Shown here one piece after another: positions 27,659-37,584 of a DNA stretch of 64,000 nt. The DNA is from a bacterium (GTDB taxonomy: Bacteria > UBA8248). Location: the NCBI GenBank assembly GCA_965199855.1, contig OZ241326.1:2240001-2304000 (forward strand), read 5' to 3'. Below the pieces are notes generated by a model, which saw only the letters and a list, made by a program, of their open reading frames with translations, was not told the DNA's origin and did not search any database. The position numbers and the translations under genes were made by a program. Each line of letters opens with the position of its first letter. Within the stretch, counting starts at the first letter, position 1.

Positions 27659-28633
27659 TCAAGGCGTCAGATTCACCTTGCCCAGAAACTTTTCGCCCAG
27701 CAGAAGCTCGTGGGAATCGTTCGCCCGCTCCAGGGGAAGTTCCCGCCCGACGTGGGGCTTGACGGCGCCTCTCTCCAGCAGGGGACGCAGGCGCTTGAGG
27801 ATGCCCGGGACGAGCGGATTCAGATTCCCCGAGGAGAGCGCGAGAATCCTGGCGTCGCGGCCCATGGCCGCCGGCAGGGAAATCGCCGCGTCGGGCCCCT
27901 TGCCCGTCCCCGTTCCGACGACGACGATTCGGCCGTTGACGGCGATGAGCTCCAGGTCCGCGGGCAGGTTCTCGCAGGCCGCGGTTTCGACGACCACGTC
28001 CGCGCCGCGTCCGGCACTCAGCTCCATGACGCGCCCGGGGACGCTCTCCTCCCTGTAGTTGACGACCGCCCCGGCGCCCGCCGCGAGGCAGAAATCCGCC
28101 TTCTCCTTCGAGCTCGCGGTGGCGAATACCCGGCAGCCCATCGCGCGCGCCAGCTGAATCGCCAGGTGGCCCACGCCGCCCGCGCCCCCCTGGACGAGGA
28201 CGCAGTCGCCCGGCGCCGCCTCTCCCTTGACGACCAGGGCGTTCCAGGCCGTGAGAAGCGGGATGGGCAGGGCGGCGCCCTCGGCGAAGGACATCGCGTC
28301 CGGGAGCCTCCCCGTGGAGGCCGCGGACAGGAGCGCCTTCCCGGCGTATGCCCCCGTCAGGGCGCGGCCCCACACCCGATCCCCCGGGGCGAACGCATCG
28401 ACGCCCTCGCCCACCGCCTCCACCTCGCCGGCTACGTCCGTCCCGCACGTGTAGGGCGGGCGCATCTCGCGGGCGCGCGGATGCTTCCCCGAACGAATGG
28501 CGATTTCCAGGGGATTCACCCCGGCGGCCGCCACGCGCGCGAGAATTTCGCCCGCGCCGGGCCGCGGCTCCTCCGCGTCTTCGAGAACCATGGGATGCTC
28601 AAGTCCGAACCGCGTCACCCGCACCGCCTTCAT
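27659..28633 (-). CDS. NADPH:quinone oxidoreductase (zeta-crystallin/MDR family)
   Basis: AAGVNP, QGGAGGVG, GADVVVE, GKV.L. Confidence 0.9.
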   Translation of the reverse strand: MKAVRVTRFGLEHPMVLEDAEEPRPGAGEILARVAAAGVNPLEIAIRSGKHPRAREMRPPYTCGTDVAGEVEAVGEGVDAFAPGDRVWGRALTGAYAGKALLSAASTGRLPDAMSFAEGAALPIPLLTAWNALVVKGEAAPGDCVLVQGGAGGVGHLAIQLARAMGCRVFATASSKEKADFCLAAGAGAVVNYREESVPGRVMELSAGRGADVVVETAACENLPADLELIAVNGRIVVVGTGTGKGPDAAISLPAAMGRDARILALSSGNLNPLVPGILKRLRPLLERGAVKPHVGRELPLERANDSHELLLGEKFLGKVNLTP

Positions 28634-28665
28634 GCCGCTCTCCTCATCGCGCCCGGCGCCGCGCC

Positions 28666-29640
28666 TTAGGGGATCAGGACGACCTTCCCGACGAACCGGC
28701 CCTCCAGCACGTGGTCGTGCGCCTCGTTCGCCTCCTCGAAGCGCGCCGTCCTGTCAACGTGGACGCGGAACGCGCCCTCGCGCAGCAGGGGCGCGAAGCG
28801 GCGCACCAGCTCCGGCAGCTTGGGAAACAGGTTCACCACGGCCAGCCCCAGCACCACGGCGTCCTTCGTCATCACGGCCGGAACCCGGAACTCCGCGCCC
28901 GGCCCCTTGCCCGTGCCCGTGCCGATGACGATGATTCTTCCGTCCACGCGGATGGCGTCCAGGTCCCTGTCGAAATTGTCGCACGCGCAAAGCTCGACGA
29001 TGACGTCAACGCCGCGCCCGCCGGTGAGCTCCAGGCAGCGCGCGGCGAAGTCCTCCTCGCGGTAGTTGATCACCGCGTCCGCGCCCAGGCTCCGGCAGAA
29101 TTCCGCCTTCTCCTCCGAGCTCACCGTCGCGAAAACGCGGCACCCCAGACGCCTGGCGAGCTGAATCGCCGCCATGCCGACGCCTCCCGCCCCGCCCTGC
29201 ACCAGCACCGTCTCGCCGGGGCCCGCCGCCGCCTTGATGACGAGCGCGTTCCAGGCCGTATAGAACGCCACCGTGACGCACGCTCCCTCCTCCCAGGAAT
29301 AGGCGTCGGGCAGCTCCGCCGCGGCGTCGGCCGCAAGCCGGACGCGCTCGGCGTAGCTTCCGCCGACGGCGCGGCCATAGACGCGCTGGCCGACTCGCCA
29401 GTTCTCCACCCCCTCGCCCAGGGCGATGACCTCCCCCGCCGCCTCGGCGCCGGGAACGTAGGGCGGCGAAACCAGTTTGGCGTAGGGGTGCCGGGCGGCG
29501 CGGATGGCCAGGTCCACCGGATTGACGCCCACTGCGCCGGTTCGTATCAGCACCTCGCCGGGCTGGGGCGCGGCGTCCTCCACGTCATCCACCCGCATGG
29601 GAACGTCCAGGTTGAATTCATGTACGCGCACCGCTTTCAT
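28666..29640 (-). CDS. NADPH:quinone oxidoreductase (MDR family), tandem paralog
   Basis: MKAVRVHEF, GVNPVD, QGGAGGVG, GRGVDVI, GKVVL; GGAG RBS. Confidence 0.9.
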   Translation of the reverse strand: MKAVRVHEFNLDVPMRVDDVEDAAPQPGEVLIRTGAVGVNPVDLAIRAARHPYAKLVSPPYVPGAEAAGEVIALGEGVENWRVGQRVYGRAVGGSYAERVRLAADAAAELPDAYSWEEGACVTVAFYTAWNALVIKAAAGPGETVLVQGGAGGVGMAAIQLARRLGCRVFATVSSEEKAEFCRSLGADAVINYREEDFAARCLELTGGRGVDVIVELCACDNFDRDLDAIRVDGRIIVIGTGTGKGPGAEFRVPAVMTKDAVVLGLAVVNLFPKLPELVRRFAPLLREGAFRVHVDRTARFEEANEAHDHVLEGRFVGKVVLIP

Positions 29641-29736
29641 CAGCCGCTTCGCTCCTCCGTTCGGGAAATCGCCCCGCAAGCCGCCGGACGACAAAAGAGA
29701 CCTGAACCATATCCCATAACCGCGCGCGGGCGAAGC

Positions 29737-30606
29737 CTAGAACGCATCCGACCAGCTTCCGCGGCGGCGCTCGCCCGCGTCGCACGGCGGCGCCGCTCTC
29801 GACGCGGGGAGCGCTCCCGCCGCGGCCGCCGCTCCCGAAGCGAGAAGGGGGGTTCGCTTCGCGCTCCGCGCCGGGCGCGGAGCCGGCGCGCCGACGATCT
29901 CCAGCGCCAGCTTTCTCCTGACGGCGCGCCCGAAGGACCCGAAGCCGTCGGCGACCACCAGAAAGGAGCGCCTGCCCCCGATGACGCATTTTCGATAATA
30001 CAAATCCAGGTTCGGCATCGGGGCTCTCCCCCAGGGGCTGGGCCGGCCGTTCATGATGGGGAGTCCGTTGATCGTCACCCCCGCGCGCAGGGCCTTCGCG
30101 CGCGCCGCGGTCACGAAGTCCCCGCTGTTGTTGGGGCCGTCGCCGGAGATGTCGATGACGCGGCGCTCCCCCCTGAAGCCGCTGCCCTCGAACAGCGTCA
30201 GCGCGAACTCTATCGCGCCGCTTATGGAGGTGTAGGGCCCCCTGCCCACCGGCCTGCGGGCGAGGAGAGCGGCGAACGCCTCGGCACTCGCCCTGTCGTG
30301 AATCCCCCGCCAGCCCACCACGCTGGTCTGAAAATCGTAGCCTGCCCACTCCACGTAGGTCGCCGCGATGCGCTTTCGCCTGCCCGAGCGGATGGCGCGC
30401 AGGACGGAGGGGGAGCGAAAGGCGCTCACGTATCCCATGCGCTGGAGCTTCCCCTCTTCTTCGTCCACGCTGCCGGAGACGTCGATGGCGAGAACCAGCT
30501 CCAGGTCCACGGCGACCTCGGCGGAGCGCGCGAGACCCGCGTGAAGGGAGACAGCGAGCGCCGCCGCCAAAGCCGCCGGAGCGATTCGCGTGAAGGAGCG
30601 AGCCAT
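29737..30606 (-). CDS. DUF1194 (VWA-like) secreted protein
   Basis: Signal peptide, VDLELVLAIDVSGSVD, RRVIDISGDGPNN, TINGLPI, YY..CVIGG. Confidence 0.85.
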   Translation of the reverse strand: MARSFTRIAPAALAAALAVSLHAGLARSAEVAVDLELVLAIDVSGSVDEEEGKLQRMGYVSAFRSPSVLRAIRSGRRKRIAATYVEWAGYDFQTSVVGWRGIHDRASAEAFAALLARRPVGRGPYTSISGAIEFALTLFEGSGFRGERRVIDISGDGPNNSGDFVTAARAKALRAGVTINGLPIMNGRPSPWGRAPMPNLDLYYRKCVIGGRRSFLVVADGFGSFGRAVRRKLALEIVGAPAPRPARSAKRTPLLASGAAAAAGALPASRAAPPCDAGERRRGSWSDAF

Positions 30607-30770
30607 CGCCTCTCCTGAAGCCTGCGCCTTTCCGCGCCGCGCGGGAACGGCCCGCTCCCCGCGGCGCGCCCCCGGCCGGACGCGGCGCCGGAGGCGCCCG
30701 GTTCGCTCGCGCCCGGAACCGGGCTATCGTAATATGAAACGCTGGGTTGCTTCACCATGGAGAGTTGGCG

Positions 30771-32162
30771 ATGCTCGACCTCAAGCCTCCCGACGCGGCG
30801 ATCGAAATCCTCCGCGCCCTGCGCGCCGCGGGCCACCGGGCGCTTCTCGCGGGAGGCTGCGTGCGCGACGCCCTCCTCGGCCGCGAGCCCAGGGACTGGG
30901 ACATCGCCACGGACGCGGGCCCCGAAGCCGCGCGGACCCTCTTCGAGAAGACCGTGGCCGTGGGCGCGCGGTTCGGCGTCTCGCGCGTCCTGCTGGACGG
31001 CCGGGAGTTCGAGGTGGCGCAGTTCCGGCGGGACGGCGCCTACGAGGACGGCAGGCGGCCCGCCTCGGTTCTTCCCACCAGCGAGGAGGAGGACGCGAGG
31101 CGGCGCGACTTCACCATCAACGGAATGTTCTACGACCCGTTCGAGCGCCGCGCGCTCGACTACGTCGGCGGCCTGCGCGACCTCGACGGAAAAATCATCC
31201 GCGCCATCGGGGACCCGAACCTCCGCTTCCGGGAAGATCATCTGCGGATGATGCGGGCGGCGCGCTTCTCGGCGCGGTTCGGCTTCGACATCGAGCCGGC
31301 GACCGCCGCCGCCGTCCGCGCCAACGCCGGGCGCATCTCCAGAATAAGCCCCGAGAGGATTCAGGAGGAGCTGACGGCGATGCTCACCGGGGAGAATCCC
31401 CATCGCGCCCTCGCCGCGCTGGATTCGCTCGGACTCCTCGAATGCGTCCTGCCCGAGGTCGCCGCCATGAAGGGGGTGGCGCAGCCGCCGGAATTCCACC
31501 CCGAGGGCGACGTCTGGACGCACGTCCTCCTCATGCTGGCGCTCATGCGCGCCCCCTCGCCCGCGCTCGCCTGGGGCGTCCTGCTCCACGACGTCGGAAA
31601 GCCCGCCACCTACGCGGAGGCCGACCGCATCCGCTTCAACGGGCACGACAGGGCGGGGGCGGAGATGAGCGCGAACGTCTGCGGCAGGCTGCGCATGTCC
31701 GGCGCGCGCGCGTCGAGGATTCGGGAGCTGGTCGCCAACCACATGCGCTTCATGCGCGTGGAGAAGATGCGGGAGAGCCGCCTGAAGCGGCTGCTCCGCG
31801 AGCCCTGCTTCGAGGAGCTCCTGGAGCTGCACCGCCTCGACTGCCTCGCCAGCCACGGCGATTTGAGAACCCATGAATTCTGCGTCCGGAAACGGCGCGC
31901 GCTCCGGGAGGAGGCCCTCCGCCCGCCGCGCCTGCTGGACGGCCGCGAACTGATGAAAATGGGCTATCCGCCGGGGCCGGGGCTGGGGGAGATTCTCGCC
32001 GCCATCGAGGACGCGCAGCTCGAGGGCCGCGTCTCCACCGCCGCGCAGGCCAGGGATTTCACGAGGCGAAACTTCGCCCTTCCGGAGACTCGCCCCTCCG
32101 GAAAGCCGCGCGCTCCCGCGCGGGCCGACCCGCCTCCCGGCGACCGCGGGGAGCGGCCATGA
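30771..32162 (+). CDS. CCA-adding tRNA nucleotidyltransferase / poly(A) polymerase family with HD domain
   Basis: GGCVRD.LLG..P.DWDIAT, RRDFTING, EDHLRM.RA.RF, ERI..EL, HPEGDVWTH, LHDVGK. Confidence 0.93.
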   Translation: MLDLKPPDAAIEILRALRAAGHRALLAGGCVRDALLGREPRDWDIATDAGPEAARTLFEKTVAVGARFGVSRVLLDGREFEVAQFRRDGAYEDGRRPASVLPTSEEEDARRRDFTINGMFYDPFERRALDYVGGLRDLDGKIIRAIGDPNLRFREDHLRMMRAARFSARFGFDIEPATAAAVRANAGRISRISPERIQEELTAMLTGENPHRALAALDSLGLLECVLPEVAAMKGVAQPPEFHPEGDVWTHVLLMLALMRAPSPALAWGVLLHDVGKPATYAEADRIRFNGHDRAGAEMSANVCGRLRMSGARASRIRELVANHMRFMRVEKMRESRLKRLLREPCFEELLELHRLDCLASHGDLRTHEFCVRKRRALREEALRPPRLLDGRELMKMGYPPGPGLGEILAAIEDAQLEGRVSTAAQARDFTRRNFALPETRPSGKPRAPARADPPPGDRGERP

Positions 32163-32692
32163 CGCGAACCTCCATCATGACGGCGCGCGAGCTCGAAATC
32201 TCCCTCGGAAGAATCGCTTCCGAGATGGCGGAGGCGCGCGCGGCGGACGCGGGTCTCGCCCTCGTCGGAATCCTCACGCGCGGCGAGCCGCTGGCGCGGA
32301 GGCTCCGCAGGCGCATTCAGGAGCTCGAGAACGTCGCGCCCGCCCTCGGCGCCCTCGACATCGGAATTCACCGCGACGACGCGGGACACCCCGCGAAGGG
32401 GCGCGGCTTCGAGCCGACGCTCATCGACTTCGACATCACCGACCGCCACGTCTTCCTGGTGGACGACGTGTTCTTCACGGGCCGAACCGCGCGCGCCGCC
32501 CTGGACGCCCTGATGGAGCTGGGGCGGCCGAAGCGCATCTGGCTCGCCGTCCTGATAGATCGGGGACACCGGGAGCTGCCCTTCCGCCCCGACTTCATCG
32601 GCAAGAGCGTGCCCACCTCGCTCGATGAGCGCGTCCAGGTGCGGATGCGGGAGGTGGACGGCGAGGACGGGGTATGGCTCGCGAAAGGATGA
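32159..32692 (+). CDS. pyrR: Second PyrR/UPRTase paralog
   Basis: GILTRG, LDI..HRDD, LVDDVFFTGRT, GRPKRI.LAVLIDRGHRELP. ATGA overlap with the CCA gene. Confidence 0.88.
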   Translation: MTRTSIMTARELEISLGRIASEMAEARAADAGLALVGILTRGEPLARRLRRRIQELENVAPALGALDIGIHRDDAGHPAKGRGFEPTLIDFDITDRHVFLVDDVFFTGRTARAALDALMELGRPKRIWLAVLIDRGHRELPFRPDFIGKSVPTSLDERVQVRMREVDGEDGVWLAKG

Positions 32693-32707
32693 GCCGCTGC
32701 GGGGGAG

Positions 32708-32739
32708 AGGCGGCCGCGCTTCCCCAGGTTGCCTTTTTT
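32708..32739 (+). terminator. Probable intrinsic terminator after the second pyrR
   Basis: AGGCGGCC/GGTTGCCT stem followed by a T-run. Confidence 0.55.
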
Positions 32740-32855
32740 ATATTTTGAAGTCCAGGTCGATTTACGCACCCTCAATGCCCTGCAACCTGTCTCGCAGGGC
32801 CGCTCGCTGTTCAGGGGACATAGCCGCCGCTAACTTCTTGAATTCATGTATTTCT

Positions 32856-33296
32856 TTATCCTTTTTCATCCGAATAGGGCATTCTATCGAATCTCTTCAG
32901 TTCGACGTTGATCTTATCAATACGGAGGCAGTCTCCGCGCGATCTGACCATAAACTGATACTGATTTTCTCCTCCTAGTGGAGCTCGAGAAAATTCGTTT
33001 CTCGCATTTACGAATGGAGCCAAACGTCCGCAGAACGCCTCAAGACTCCGCGTTTTAAGCTGGGCGATGACGAGCCTTCCCTCAATACGCGCTTGTTCTT
33101 CATCTTTCATCATCTCTTCTGGTATGCCGTGCCAATCCTTCTTTCCACCCAGAACCCACCAGTTTCGGCCTGATTCATCTTGCAACCACTTTTGGCGTTT
33201 CCCTACTGGCGTCAGGGTGACGTCGAATTTTGCGTGAATAGCATCTATGACGGGCCGCCTATCAAAATTGTTGAATTTTTCCGATGACTTCTTCAT
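32856..33296 (-). CDS. Hypothetical protein in an AT-richer islet
   Basis: ORF with a GGAGAGG RBS before MKKSS; WWVLGG..DWHGIP motif; family not recognised. Confidence 0.6.
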   Translation of the reverse strand: MKKSSEKFNNFDRRPVIDAIHAKFDVTLTPVGKRQKWLQDESGRNWWVLGGKKDWHGIPEEMMKDEEQARIEGRLVIAQLKTRSLEAFCGRLAPFVNARNEFSRAPLGGENQYQFMVRSRGDCLRIDKINVELKRFDRMPYSDEKG

Positions 33297-33331
33297 GCTT
33301 TCCTCTCCCAAGCGGCTTGAAAGCTCCATCG

Positions 33332-33862
33332 CTAGTCCTCCTGTCTCTCTTCGTCCTCCTCTCCGGATTGATTGAGGGTCGCCGCGTCCAGCCCCGCTCC
33401 CAGGTTGTCGGCCAGCTCACCCCAGCCGTCCATAAAATCTCTTGCATCGTTGAACACGACGAAGGCAGCGCCGCCAGCCTCATAGAGCTGAGGAGCCGCC
33501 GCGAGTAGAGCGGCATCATCAAGGCTGGATATGTTGTCCGCCACAATCCGACCGACTGGCCCTTGAGTGTCGCAGACGGAATAGCTGGCCCCATTTTTGA
33601 CGGGGATCCAGCTCCGGGGCGGCCGTATGGATCGGCTCAACAGGACGCCGAACGCGAGCTTGGCCAGCACCGGAATCTTCTTGCCCGGCTTGAACCAACC
33701 GTTTATAGTGGTTTCGGGCACATCCAGAACCGCGCTGAGATTGCGTTGCCAGCCGCGTCGCCCGTATCTCCGCTCGAAAGCGGACCTGAGATCCATATCT
33801 TTCACATAGTTGGTCAGCCCTTCCCGGAAATCAGCGTCGGCGATCATTCTCAAGTTGCCCAT
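33332..33862 (-). CDS. Hypothetical protein with a Cro/XRE-like HTH
   Basis: WQRNLSAVLDVPETTINGWF..GKKIP resembles a Cro/C1 HTH. GGAG RBS and a TTGACA at 33936-33931 upstream. Confidence 0.6.
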   Translation of the reverse strand: MGNLRMIADADFREGLTNYVKDMDLRSAFERRYGRRGWQRNLSAVLDVPETTINGWFKPGKKIPVLAKLAFGVLLSRSIRPPRSWIPVKNGASYSVCDTQGPVGRIVADNISSLDDAALLAAAPQLYEAGGAAFVVFNDARDFMDGWGELADNLGAGLDAATLNQSGEEDEERQED

Positions 33863-34008
33863 TCCATCAATCTCCCGCGTAAAATTACGAATCTCATTCT
33901 AAAAACTCTTGTAATACACGAAATTAAGTTTGTCAAGAATTAAAATAACATTTATTTAAGGAATTTCGGGTTTCAAGGGATTCCCCGGAATGAAATCAAA
34001 GATTTCCC

Positions 34009-34884
34009 CTACGCGCTCGCCCAGGCGATCATGATCGTGGCGAAGAACAGCAGGGCCGCCCCCGCCCACTTCTGCCAGGTCAGCCGCTCCTCCTCCCCCA
34101 GCCAGACGCGCGCCAACGCGAGCGAGAACAGCGGCGCCGTATAGCTCAGGGGCATGACGACGAACACCTCCCCATACTGAAACGCCGAGAAGAACGCCAG
34201 ATAGGCCGCGGCGTTGACGGCGCCCGCGACGAGGAGCCACCTCAGCCCGGCCGCGTCCATCCGGAAGCGCTCGGCGGCGGGCAGGGCGGGAGCGAGCAGC
34301 AGGAGCGTGGGCAACGAGACGGCGTTGGCGATGGTCGCGCCGATGAGGGGGTCGCCGTAGAGGAGCAGCCCGTAGCGCCGCAGGGTGGAGGCGAGCGCCA
34401 TGACGAGGGCGTGAAGCAGGGGGAAGATCATGTGCGCGCGCCGCCAGTCGGCGTCTCCTTCCGGCTTCATGGTCAGGAACGCGCAGCCCGCCATCACGAA
34501 AAAAATGGCGATCCACGCCGCCGCGCCCGGCTCCTCTCCGAGCCACGCGATGGCCGCCAGGGTCGAGAGAAACGGGGTAATCGTCACCAGGGGCATGGTG
34601 CGGCCGACGCCTATCGTCCTGAAGCCCAGAAAGAGGAGGAAGCGGCTGAACCCGGGCGCCAGGACGCCGCCGACGACGAACCAGAGCGCCGCCCGGGGCG
34701 AGAGCGCCCCCCAGTCCGAGAAGGCGAGAGAGAGGCCCCCCAGAAGCGGAATCCCCAGCCCCAGGCCGATGAGGGCGCCCACGTAGGGCGAGGTTCCCCC
34801 CAGCCCCTTGCGCGCGACGACGCTGAAGACGGCGAACAGAACCGAGGACGCCAGGCTCAGGCCCACGGCGAGATAATGCTCCAA
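34009..34884 (-). CDS. DMT/EamA family transporter
   Basis: About 10 hydrophobic segments in two EamA repeats (P..S..LA..WLGE twice). Confidence 0.88.
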   Translation of the reverse strand: MEHYLAVGLSLASSVLFAVFSVVARKGLGGTSPYVGALIGLGLGIPLLGGLSLAFSDWGALSPRAALWFVVGGVLAPGFSRFLLFLGFRTIGVGRTMPLVTITPFLSTLAAIAWLGEEPGAAAWIAIFFVMAGCAFLTMKPEGDADWRRAHMIFPLLHALVMALASTLRRYGLLLYGDPLIGATIANAVSLPTLLLLAPALPAAERFRMDAAGLRWLLVAGAVNAAAYLAFFSAFQYGEVFVVMPLSYTAPLFSLALARVWLGEEERLTWQKWAGAALLFFATIMIAWASA

Positions 34885-34912
34885 GGCGTCCCCCTGCGGC
34901 GCGCGGGCGTCC

Positions 34913-34951
34913 AAAAAAGCCGGGGCGGAAGGCTCGCCCCTCCGCCCCGGC
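34913..34951 (-). terminator. Intrinsic terminator after the alpha/beta hydrolase gene
   Basis: 11-bp stem GCCGGGGCGGA/TCCGCCCCGGC followed by T6 on the minus strand. Confidence 0.8.
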
Positions 34952-34997
34952 GCGTCAAACGCTCAGGCTTCCGCCCGATTCGGCGATTCCCGCTCCC

Positions 34998-36218
34998 CTA
35001 GTAATACGCCTGCCCGGGCGCCACCGGCGGCGTCCACTCGCAATCGCCGAAGGGCCCGTCCCCGTTCTCCTTCACGTAGGCGACGCGCGCGTCGCTCACG
35101 CTCTCATCCATCAGGGCGCGGCGGAGCCAGTCCAGGATGTACTGGTGATTGTCCATGCCGCCCAGGTTCGTGAGGCTCACCAGGGGATGAAACTGGTTCT
35201 CGAACACCCACAGCTCTTTCCTGCAGGTGAGGTCCTCATACACCTCGATGGCGTCCTCGAGCGGGCAAAGCGGGTCGAACTCGCCCGTCACCAGCAGGGT
35301 GGGGCACTGTATCTTGTCCATGTAGCCCTTGACGGTCATCGCGCGCGCCATCTCGTCGAACTCGTCCTCATCCTTCATGCCCGCCATGTACATGAAAATC
35401 TGCTTGAAGCGCGGCGAGGACTGCGTGAAGATGGTGTTGTTGGGGTTGAAGCAGGCCACCGCGCTCGCCACCGCCGCCGCCCGGTGGTCGTAGCTCGCCA
35501 GACGAAGCGACCAGAAGCTGCCCATGCTGATGCCGTAGATGCCGATTTTCGTCGGCTCGACTTCCTCGCGGCCCAGCAGGTGGTCGATCACCGCGGCGCC
35601 GGCGCGCTCGTAGTTGTCCCCGACGGCGCGTATCTTCTGCATGTTGGAGTTGCCCTGCCCCGGGCCGTCCATCGCCAGCACGTGAAAGCCCCGCTCGGCG
35701 GCGACGTTGCGCCTCGCGTGGGGAAACACCTCTTTCGTCTGGTCCATGCCCGGCACGTAGATCACGCAGGGCGCCTTTCGGCGATCCGGCAGAAGGTGCA
35801 GGAGGCACGAGATGGTCTTGCCGTCGTCGAAGGGAACCTCGACGCGCTCGATGGGGTAGGCGGCCGTCTCGGATCGCCTGTCCACCATCTCCCCGAGCTT
35901 GTTGTTGAGGTAGATTTTCACCGGGTTGTCGTCGTAGAAAATCGGGTGCTGCGCCATGCGATACGCCTCGACGGCGTGGTCGTAGTGCTCCGTGGCCGTG
36001 GCGCGGAAGCCCTCCTTCTGCGCCTTCTTCGCGAGCTTCTCGTGCTCCTCGGCGGACTCGCGCCAGACCTTGGGCAGCATCTGGTAGTTGTGGGCGCGCC
36101 TGCCCTGGGGGACTTCCAGGAAGTCGCGCTCGAAGTTCTGGACGCGCCCCCGCATGTTGAGCGCCAGGTCGAGCATCCACTGCTGGTTGTCTCTTTCGGT
36201 GCGCAGTTTCCGTATCAT
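34998..36218 (-). CDS. Alpha/beta hydrolase (2,6-dihydroxypseudooxynicotine hydrolase/FrsA-like)
   Basis: ERVEVPF, PGMDQTKE, DGPGQG, nucleophile elbow GISMG, GEFDPL, C-terminal His. Confidence 0.85.
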   Translation of the reverse strand: MIRKLRTERDNQQWMLDLALNMRGRVQNFERDFLEVPQGRRAHNYQMLPKVWRESAEEHEKLAKKAQKEGFRATATEHYDHAVEAYRMAQHPIFYDDNPVKIYLNNKLGEMVDRRSETAAYPIERVEVPFDDGKTISCLLHLLPDRRKAPCVIYVPGMDQTKEVFPHARRNVAAERGFHVLAMDGPGQGNSNMQKIRAVGDNYERAGAAVIDHLLGREEVEPTKIGIYGISMGSFWSLRLASYDHRAAAVASAVACFNPNNTIFTQSSPRFKQIFMYMAGMKDEDEFDEMARAMTVKGYMDKIQCPTLLVTGEFDPLCPLEDAIEVYEDLTCRKELWVFENQFHPLVSLTNLGGMDNHQYILDWLRRALMDESVSDARVAYVKENGDGPFGDCEWTPPVAPGQAYY

Positions 36219-36356
36219 TTTTCTCTCCACGATTTTGACGGCGAAAATCGCCTTCAGCCGAAAAGGGCCGCTTCTCCGCGCCGGATCGCGCCGAATGCTA
36301 AGCGGAGCGCGCGGCGGCGGTCAATCGCGCGGGGGCGCGCGGGAGGGCGGCGTCCC

Positions 36357-37529
36357 TCAGCGGACGATTCCCCCCGCCCTCAGCTCGGCTATCTCCTCCC
36401 CGGAGAAGCCGAGCTCGCCCAGCGCCTCGTTCGTGTGCTGCCCGAGCGTGGGCGGCGGCCTTCGCGCGGCGGAGGGGGTCTTGTCCAGCCTCACGGGAAC
36501 CCCCGCCATGCGCAGGACCCCGTATTCGGGATGCTCCGCCCGCGCCAGATAGCCCATCGCCCGCATCTGCTCGTCCTCGAACAGATCCGCCGGCCTTCGC
36601 GCGCGCGCGCAGGGCACGCCCACGCTCTCGAACCTTCGCACCCACTCCTCCGCCGTCGCGCCGCGCAGAGCCTCCTGCACGCGGGGGATGATGACGCCGC
36701 GCGCCGCGTGCCTGCCCCGGAAGACCCGCCAGGCCTCCTCTTCGAGCAGTTCGGGGAGCCCCAGCGCCTCGCAGGCGCGCTCCCAGAAGCCGTCCACGTC
36801 CATGTAGAGGTAGATGTGCCCGTCGGCGACCTCATAGACCCGGGCGATCCTGTCGCTCAGGGCGTCCTCCACCCTCGAGAGAGGCTCGCTCTCCGACGCC
36901 CAGACGAGGCGCCCGAACTGCATGGCCGCGGCGCCTCCCAGAAGCGAGGCGTCGATGCGCTGGCCCCCGCCTCCGCGCTCGCGCGCGTAAAGCGCCGTCA
37001 TCACGGCGCCGAACGCCAGCGCCCCCGTCATGTAGTCCACGAAAGAGCCCTGCACGAGCCGGGGCGCGCCGCCCGCCCCCTGCTCGGCGGGAATGCCCGC
37101 CGTCGTCTGGATGATGGGGTCGATGCCCCGGCGTTCGCGCAGGGGGCCTTCCCGCCCGTAGGCGGAGATCGAGAGATAGACGAGCCGGGGGTTTTCGCGC
37201 GTCAGGGCGTCCGCGCCCAGCCCGAGCTTCTCGACGACGCCCGGACGATAGCCCTCCACGAAGACGTCCGCGCGCGCGGCCAGCCTCCGGGCGATCTCCC
37301 GCCCCCTCTCCTCCCGCAGGTTGACGGCGAGGCTGCGCTTGCTGCGGTTCAGGCCCAGGAACAGGCGGCTCTCCCCCTCGAACGAGGAGGGAAACCTCCG
37401 GACGCGATCCCCCTCCGGCGGCTCCAGCTTGACGACGTCCGCGCCCGCGTCGCCCATCATCAGCGTGCAGAAGGGCCCCGCCACGTAATGCGTCAAATCC
37501 AGAACCCGAATCCCGTCCAGCGCGCCCAT
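36357..37529 (-). CDS. Family III CoA-transferase (CaiB/BaiF)
   Basis: LDGIRVLDLT..VAGP, GADVVKLE, NRSKRS, P.LGQHT. Confidence 0.95.
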   Translation of the reverse strand: MGALDGIRVLDLTHYVAGPFCTLMMGDAGADVVKLEPPEGDRVRRFPSSFEGESRLFLGLNRSKRSLAVNLREERGREIARRLAARADVFVEGYRPGVVEKLGLGADALTRENPRLVYLSISAYGREGPLRERRGIDPIIQTTAGIPAEQGAGGAPRLVQGSFVDYMTGALAFGAVMTALYARERGGGGQRIDASLLGGAAAMQFGRLVWASESEPLSRVEDALSDRIARVYEVADGHIYLYMDVDGFWERACEALGLPELLEEEAWRVFRGRHAARGVIIPRVQEALRGATAEEWVRRFESVGVPCARARRPADLFEDEQMRAMGYLARAEHPEYGVLRMAGVPVRLDKTPSAARRPPPTLGQHTNEALGELGFSGEEIAELRAGGIVR

Positions 37530-37584
37530 GTCTTTCCTTGAAATTTCATCTGCCCAACATCAGGACTGATTGTCTGATCGTTTG

